Below are positions 58,720 to 64,000 of a stretch of DNA of 64,000 nucleotides, one piece after another. The stretch is from an uncultured Sphingomonas sp. (GTDB taxonomy: Bacteria > Pseudomonadota > Alphaproteobacteria > Sphingomonadales > Sphingomonadaceae). Position numbers and translations under genes: made by a program. The stretch lies in assembly GCF_913776855.1 (NCBI RefSeq), contig NZ_CAJYQD010000042.1:7948-71947 (forward strand), read 5' to 3'. Within the stretch, counting starts at the first letter, position 1, and each line of letters starts with the position of its first letter. The notes under the pieces were generated by a model, which saw nothing but the letters and a program-made list of their open reading frames with translations, was not told where the DNA came from and did no database searches.

Positions 58720-59646
58720 TCAGGCCGCCCGCGTCCACAGCACCGGATCGCGCGGGGTGTCCGGCACGGGGCGCCACCGCGCCGCCACGAACGCGCGGGC
58801 GATCGCGGCGATCTTTTCCCCCTTCGACGTCGTCTGCCGCTTGTCCCACGCGGCGGGGCCGGCGGCCGCGACCTTGCGTGCGATCCCGCCATAGATGTCG
58901 GCCGCGGCCAGCACCGCCCATGCCGAACGCCACGGCAGCCGCGCCGCACCGACGCGCGCGCTGTCCTCATGCAGCGCCGCCCGCGCCGCCATGCGCCGGG
59001 TGAGGACCGAAATCCGATCGGGCGTCGCCATCGGGTCGGCGGGATCGATGCCCTGTTCGTGCAGCCAGTCGCGCGGCAGGTAGCAGCGCCCGACCCCGGC
59101 ATCCTCGCCCACGTCGCGCGCGATATTGGCCAGCTGAAACGCCAGGCCCAGGTCGCACGCCCGGTCGAGCGTGTCCGTGTCCTGTGCCGGCACCCCCATC
59201 ACCACCGCCATCAGCCCGCCGACCGCGCCCGCGACGTGATAGCAATATTGGTACAGGTCCTGCTCGGTCACCGGTTGCCAGCCATCGGCGTCCAGCTGGA
59301 ACCCGTCCAGAACGTCATCGATCAGCGACGCCGGCAGCGCGACATCGGCGGCGACCGCGCCCAGCGCGTCGAACGCCGGGTTGCCGGTGGGCTTGCCCGC
59401 CAGCGCCTGTGCCGACCACATCCGCATCAGCAGCAACCGGTCCTGCACATCGTCGACCCGCTTCATGCCATGGCCCAGCTCCTGTCCATCGGCCATGTCG
59501 TCGCAGGCGCGGCACCAGGCATAGAGCAGCCACGCCCGTTCCCGCGTTACCGGATCGAACAGCTTGCTGGCCGCCGCGAAACTCTTCGAGCCACGCGCGA
59601 TCGTGTCGCGGGCATATGCGACCAGTTCGGCGCGCGAATCGATCAA
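58720..59646 (-). CDS. crtB: Phytoene synthase
   Basis: GSKSFAAA, LYAWCRACDDMAD, YCYHVAGAVG, QLANIARDVGED; TTG start overlaps the LOG stop. Confidence 0.93.
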   Translation of the reverse strand: MIDSRAELVAYARDTIARGSKSFAAASKLFDPVTRERAWLLYAWCRACDDMADGQELGHGMKRVDDVQDRLLLMRMWSAQALAGKPTGNPAFDALGAVAADVALPASLIDDVLDGFQLDADGWQPVTEQDLYQYCYHVAGAVGGLMAVVMGVPAQDTDTLDRACDLGLAFQLANIARDVGEDAGVGRCYLPRDWLHEQGIDPADPMATPDRISVLTRRMAARAALHEDSARVGAARLPWRSAWAVLAAADIYGGIARKVAAAGPAAWDKRQTTSKGEKIAAIARAFVAARWRPVPDTPRDPVLWTRAA

Positions 59647-60224
59647 AGGTCGCTGGCGGCCATATGGATGATCGCCTGCACCGGCTTGTGCGCGGCCATC
59701 TTTTCCAGCAGCACGTCCAGCGTATCCGCGACCAGCAGGATGTCGCGGTGCATCGGGCGCATGAACCCGACCTCCGCCATCTTCGCGACGAACGCGATCA
59801 GATGGTCGTAGAACCCGGCGGTGTTGAGCAGCCCGACCGGCTTGGCGTGATAGCCAAGCTGTGCCCAGCTCATCGCCTCCCACAATTCGTCCATCGTGCC
59901 GGTGCCGCCGGGGATGGTGACGAAGCCGTCGGACAGGTCGGTAAACGCCTTTTTGCGCTGGTGCATGGTGTCGACGACATGGAGTTCGGTGAGGCCGCGA
60001 TGCGCCGCCTCCGCCTTGACCAGCGCGGTCGGGATGACGCCGATCACCTCGCCGCCCGCCTCGATCGCGCCATCGGCGACCGCGCCCATCAGCCCGAGCT
60101 TGCCACCGCCATAGACGACGCCGATGCCCCGTTCGGCCATTGCCCGCCCCACGGCGCGGGCGGAGTCGATATAAACTGGGTCGGCGGGGGTCGCGGACCC
60201 GCAATAGATGGCTAGGCGCTTCAT
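59643..60224 (-). CDS. LOG family phosphoribohydrolase (TIGR00730)
   Basis: YCGS, VYGGG..GLMG, MHQRK, PGGTGTMDE. Confidence 0.92.
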   Translation of the reverse strand: MKRLAIYCGSATPADPVYIDSARAVGRAMAERGIGVVYGGGKLGLMGAVADGAIEAGGEVIGVIPTALVKAEAAHRGLTELHVVDTMHQRKKAFTDLSDGFVTIPGGTGTMDELWEAMSWAQLGYHAKPVGLLNTAGFYDHLIAFVAKMAEVGFMRPMHRDILLVADTLDVLLEKMAAHKPVQAIIHMAASDL

Positions 60225-60310
60225 GGCGCCGGGGTTAGGCGATTGGGGGAGGGGGAGCAAGCGGGGGCTTTCCCGGCCCTAACCTGTCCACCCTTCCTCT
60301 TCCTCTCCCC

Positions 60311-60431
60311 CCGTTCGGTTCGAGCAGCTTCGAGCTTGTCGAGAAGCGTCCGTCGAGAACTCGGTCGTTTGGGGCAACCCCTTCTCGACTTCGGTTCTCG
60401 ACAAGCTCGAATCTCCGCTCGAAGCAAACGG
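60311..60431 (-). repeat. ~120-bp nested-palindrome repeat, copy 3 (inverted)
   Basis: Reverse complement matches copies 1 and 2; sits between crtI and LOG. Confidence 0.9.
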
Positions 60432-60472
60432 GGTGGGTGGGGCTTTGGTTTAGTGTCGGTGGAGTAAGGGCT

Positions 60473-61951
60473 TCAGTCCTCACCCCCCAGCATCAGCCCC
60501 GCCGTCGCCTTCGCACTCCCCACGACCCCCGGAATCCCGGCGCCCGGATGCGTGCCCGCCCCGACCACATACAGGTTCGCAATATCGTCGTCGCGGTTGT
60601 GCGCCCGGAAATACGCGCTCTGCGTCAGGATCGGTTCCAGCGAAAAGGCCGATCCCTGATAGGCGTTCAAGTCGTGGGTGAAGTCGCTGGGCATATAGCT
60701 GAACTTCGTCACGATCCGTTCGTGGATGTCGGGGATCAGCCGCCGGCCCACCTCGTCCAGAATGCGCTTTTCGAGGATCGGGCCGATCTGGTCCCAATCG
60801 ACCGGGAACTTGCCCGTGTGCGGCACCGGGCACAGCGCATAGAAGGTCGAATGCCCCTCCGGCGCCATCGACGGATCGGTGACGGTCGGATGGTGGAGAT
60901 AAAGCGAGAAATCCTCGCTCAGCACGCCATGGTCGTAGATGTCGGCGAGCAACCCCTTATAGCGCGGGCCGAACAGGATCATGTGGTGCGGGATGCCCGG
61001 CCACGTGCCCTTGATGCCGAAATGGACGACGAACAGCGATGGCGAGAAGCGCTTCTTCTCCAGCTTCTGTGCCCGGCGCTGGGCGCTGCGCGATCCGGAC
61101 AACAGGTCGCGATAGCTGTGGACGATGTCGGCATTGGTCGCGACCATGTCGGCGCCGACCACCACGCCCCCCCTGGTCGTAACGCCCGTCGCACGGTCGC
61201 CCAGCGTGTCGATGCTCTTGACCGGATCGCCGAGCATCAGCGTGCCGCCCAGCTTCTCGAACAGGCGCACCATGCCGGCGACCAGCTTGTTGGTGCCGCC
61301 TTGCGCGAACCACACGCCGCCGTCGCGTTCCAGCTTGTGGATCAGCGCATAGATGCTGCTGGTCTTCATCGGATCGCCGCCGACCAGCAGAGTGTGGAAC
61401 GACAATGCCTGGCGCAGCTTGTCGTTCTTCACGAACGACGACACGATCGAATAGACCGATCGCCACGCCTGATATTTCGCCAGCGCCGGCGCGGCCTTGA
61501 TCATCGATGCGAAGTCGAGGAACGGCACGTGCCCCAGCTTCACATAGCCTTCCTCATACACCCCCGCCGAATATTCGAGGAAGCGGGCGTATCCGGCCAG
61601 GTCGCCCGGATCGAGCTTGGCGATTTCGGAGCGCAGCAGCGTGTCGTCGTTGGTATAGTCGAAATTCGTGCCGTCGGGCCAGTTCAGCCGGTAGAAGGGC
61701 GACACCGGTTCCAGCGTCACGTCCTCGCGCATGTCGCGGCCGGTCAAGGCCCATAATTCCTGCAACGCCTCGGGGGCGGTGATGACGGTCGGGCCGGCGT
61801 CAAAGACGAAGCCGTCGCGCTCCCAGTAATAGGCGCGGCCACCGGGCTTGTCGCGGCCCTCGACCAACGTCGTCTGCACGCCCGCCGACTGCAGTCGGAT
61901 GGCAAGCGCGAGGCCGCCAAACCCTGCGCCGATAACGACTGCCGTCTTCAC
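60473..61951 (-). CDS. crtI: Phytoene desaturase
   Basis: VIGAGFGGLA, FDAGPTVIT, GSAFSLEP, GAGTHPGAGIPGV. Confidence 0.95.
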   Translation of the reverse strand: MKTAVVIGAGFGGLALAIRLQSAGVQTTLVEGRDKPGGRAYYWERDGFVFDAGPTVITAPEALQELWALTGRDMREDVTLEPVSPFYRLNWPDGTNFDYTNDDTLLRSEIAKLDPGDLAGYARFLEYSAGVYEEGYVKLGHVPFLDFASMIKAAPALAKYQAWRSVYSIVSSFVKNDKLRQALSFHTLLVGGDPMKTSSIYALIHKLERDGGVWFAQGGTNKLVAGMVRLFEKLGGTLMLGDPVKSIDTLGDRATGVTTRGGVVVGADMVATNADIVHSYRDLLSGSRSAQRRAQKLEKKRFSPSLFVVHFGIKGTWPGIPHHMILFGPRYKGLLADIYDHGVLSEDFSLYLHHPTVTDPSMAPEGHSTFYALCPVPHTGKFPVDWDQIGPILEKRILDEVGRRLIPDIHERIVTKFSYMPSDFTHDLNAYQGSAFSLEPILTQSAYFRAHNRDDDIANLYVVGAGTHPGAGIPGVVGSAKATAGLMLGGED

Positions 61952-63111
61952 CCCTGTCTCCCCATCAACGCCTGTACCGCGCGCCCGATCGGCACCGGCG
62001 GCTTGCCGATCAACACCCGAGCCTGATCGACCCATGTCGACCTGCCCGCATAGAAGCGTCCGATCAGCCCCGCGTCCAGCCGGTAGAAGCGTTCGAGCAC
62101 GCGGTAGCGTTCCACCGGGTCCGCCGCGCGGAACAACATTGTCGCGAGCATTCGGTAGAAGCCGCGCTTCTTCCACAGCGTGGCCGCGAAATCATGCGTC
62201 AGCGTGTGGAGCGCGCCCCCCGACCAGTCGGCGCTGTCGGCGACCAGCTGCGCAAGGCGCACCGCATCGGGCAGCGAATAGCCGGTCAGCGGATGGAACA
62301 GCCCGGCGCGCATCCCGCCCTTCGCCACGCGGTTGCCGCCCGAACGCCAATATTCCTCGAAATCGCCGCCCATCGCGACCGGCAGCACGCCGGTTTCGCT
62401 GCGTCCGACGGTCGCCGCGTCCCAGCCCTTTGCCGCGGCATAGGCGGCGATGCGCGCCGCTAGCACCTGCGTGTCGAGGTCGGGGGTGTCGCTGTAATAG
62501 GTATCCTCGACGAACAGCGTCGAGGCATCGAACGGCAGCGTGTAGAGAAAGCGATAGCCGTCGAGCTGTTCGACCGACCCGTCCATCACGATCGGGCGCT
62601 CGACGCCATGGGGATAGGCGGTGTGCAGCTCCATCCCCATGAATTTCTGCCAGCCGAGATCGAGCAGCGACAGGTCGCCGGGGCCGCGACAGTCGATCAC
62701 CCCCTGCGCCTCCACCCGGTCGCCGTCCGCCAGCACGACGGCGGTCGGGCTGGCCCCCAGCACCCGAGCCGATGCCATCAGCGCCTCTGCGGGCAGGGTA
62801 TCGCGCAGCACCGTGTCGAGCCGTTCCGACGTGATCGAATAATAGGTGGTGTCGAGCGTGCGGCTGTGCGCGGGAAAGGCGATGTCGTAGCCGCGCCAGC
62901 CATGGGCGACCAGCGGCGCCACCAATGCCCGCTGCTCGGTCGCCACGTCGCTGCCGAAGAACGACCAGACATGGTTGCCACCGAACTGCGCGGCCCCTTC
63001 GATCAGGCGGATTCGCGCATCGGGCCGCCGCTTCGCCGCCGCCAGCGCGACCAGCGCGCCGGACAATCCCCCGCCGACGATGGCGAGGTCGCATTGATGA
63101 ATGGTTGGCAT
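61948..63111 (-). CDS. crtY: Lycopene beta-cyclase
   Basis: IVGGGLSG, GNHVWSF, QKFMG, YRFLYTLP, EDTYY, FHPLTGYSLP. Confidence 0.93.
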   Translation of the reverse strand: MPTIHQCDLAIVGGGLSGALVALAAAKRRPDARIRLIEGAAQFGGNHVWSFFGSDVATEQRALVAPLVAHGWRGYDIAFPAHSRTLDTTYYSITSERLDTVLRDTLPAEALMASARVLGASPTAVVLADGDRVEAQGVIDCRGPGDLSLLDLGWQKFMGMELHTAYPHGVERPIVMDGSVEQLDGYRFLYTLPFDASTLFVEDTYYSDTPDLDTQVLAARIAAYAAAKGWDAATVGRSETGVLPVAMGGDFEEYWRSGGNRVAKGGMRAGLFHPLTGYSLPDAVRLAQLVADSADWSGGALHTLTHDFAATLWKKRGFYRMLATMLFRAADPVERYRVLERFYRLDAGLIGRFYAGRSTWVDQARVLIGKPPVPIGRAVQALMGRQG

Positions 63112-63217
63112 CGCCCCGCCCTAGGGGAGCGAAGTCCCGGTAGCAACGGCGGAAACTCCTCCCCGTGCCGGGGAGGAATTTCTGTCATCCCCGCCCACAA
63201 TCCGCTAAGCCCCGCCC

Positions 63218-64000
63218 ATGTCGATCCCGCTGGCTATCCTGTTGTCCGCCGTGGCGATGACGCTGATCGTGGGCGTGCGCTATCTGCTCGCCTCGGCCGG
63301 CTTCGCCTTTGCGACCCGCGTGCGGCATCCCGGCCTCTATCGCGGCCTCGATCCGCAGATCGCCAAGGAAATCCGCTGGTCCCTGCTGTCCGCCGCGATC
63401 TACGGCATTCCGGCCGGCATCGTCGCCTGGGGGTGGCAGCATCGCGGCTGGACGCAGATTTACGCGGACGTCCACGCCTGGCCGCTCTGGTATCTGCCGC
63501 TGTCGGTGCTGCTCTATCTCTTCGCGCACGACACCTGGTTCTACTGGACCCATCGCTGGATGCACCGGCCGAAATGGTTCCGGATCGCCCATGCCGTCCA
63601 CCATGCCAGCCGCCCGCCGACCGCATGGGCGGCGATGGCGTTCCACCCGATCGAGGCGCTGACCGGCGCTGTGGTAATTCCGCTACTGGTATTCGCCATT
63701 CCAATTCACCTCGGCGCACTCGCCTTGGTGCTGACGATCATGACGGTTATGGGCGTCACCAACCATATGGGCTGGGAAATGTTCCCGAGATTCATGTGGG
63801 CGGGGCGATTGGGCGGCTGGCTGATTACCGCCAGCCATCATCAGAGGCATCATGAACGCTATGGCTGCAATTTCGGGCTCTATTTCCGCTTCTGGGACCG
63901 GTTGTGCGGCACCGATGGCGGCCTTGGCGACTTCGAGAAAGAGCGCGCGCGTGCGGCGCGTCGCGCTGGCGGTGCTGGCGCTGGCCACGTTGCCCGGCGC
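63218..64000 (+). CDS. crtG: Sterol-desaturase-family carotenoid 2,2'-hydroxylase, runs off the window end
   Basis: Manual translation from ATG 63218 (not in the ORF track): HDTWFYWTHRWMH, HAVHH, NHMGWE, HHQRHH, NFGLYF.FWDRLCGT; divergent from crtY. Confidence 0.8.
   Translation, partial: MSIPLAILLSAVAMTLIVGVRYLLASAGFAFATRVRHPGLYRGLDPQIAKEIRWSLLSAAIYGIPAGIVAWGWQHRGWTQIYADVHAWPLWYLPLSVLLYLFAHDTWFYWTHRWMHRPKWFRIAHAVHHASRPPTAWAAMAFHPIEALTGAVVIPLLVFAIPIHLGALALVLTIMTVMGVTNHMGWEMFPRFMWAGRLGGWLITASHHQRHHERYGCNFGLYFRFWDRLCGTDGGLGDFEKERARAARRAGGAGAGHVARR

Noticed and set aside
17288-60431. Repeated elements read as a CRISPR array or IS elements
   Set aside because: The copies are dispersed and internally palindromic, with no spacer periodicity and no cas or transposase gene.
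63157-63176. Short TCCTCCCC...GGGAGGA hairpin (similar one near 3115-3135)
   Set aside because: It may be a remnant of another REP class but is too short and degenerate to call.

Overview
High-GC alphaproteobacterial chromosomal DNA, almost certainly a Sphingomonas or close sphingomonad. The assignment is an inference from gene order (lolA-xth-ribA, apbC/hflK-hflC-degP, sseA-metC-mscS, dciA-dsbA-dsbA-smc, crtG/crtY-crtI-LOG-crtB) and from the CGTC-type palindromic repeats. About 60 genes are present, mostly core housekeeping, envelope and stress functions. I saw no transposase, integrase, prophage, CRISPR array, rRNA or tRNA. The most interesting items are: (1) a divergent cluster at 35.8-40.9 kb with a polyprenol-phosphate-type GT2 and two multi-pass GT-C-like proteins, one carrying the motif order of STT3/PglB/AglB oligosaccharyltransferases but with WWDYG replaced by PIDLG; (2) a GT4-(alpha/alpha)6 fusion paired with a GH130; (3) a candidate C-rich-loop sRNA between lolA and xth; (4) a ~120-bp nested-palindrome repeat in three copies, each with the same G/C-skew sandwich in non-homologous flanks; (5) a pervasive TAnnnn-N5-8-ATG leaderless-type start pattern, including one palindromic -10 that appears to serve two divergent genes; (6) two tandem small secreted 4-Cys proteins. 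All family assignments come from motifs recognised by eye; no database searches were run, and start codons are my best estimates.
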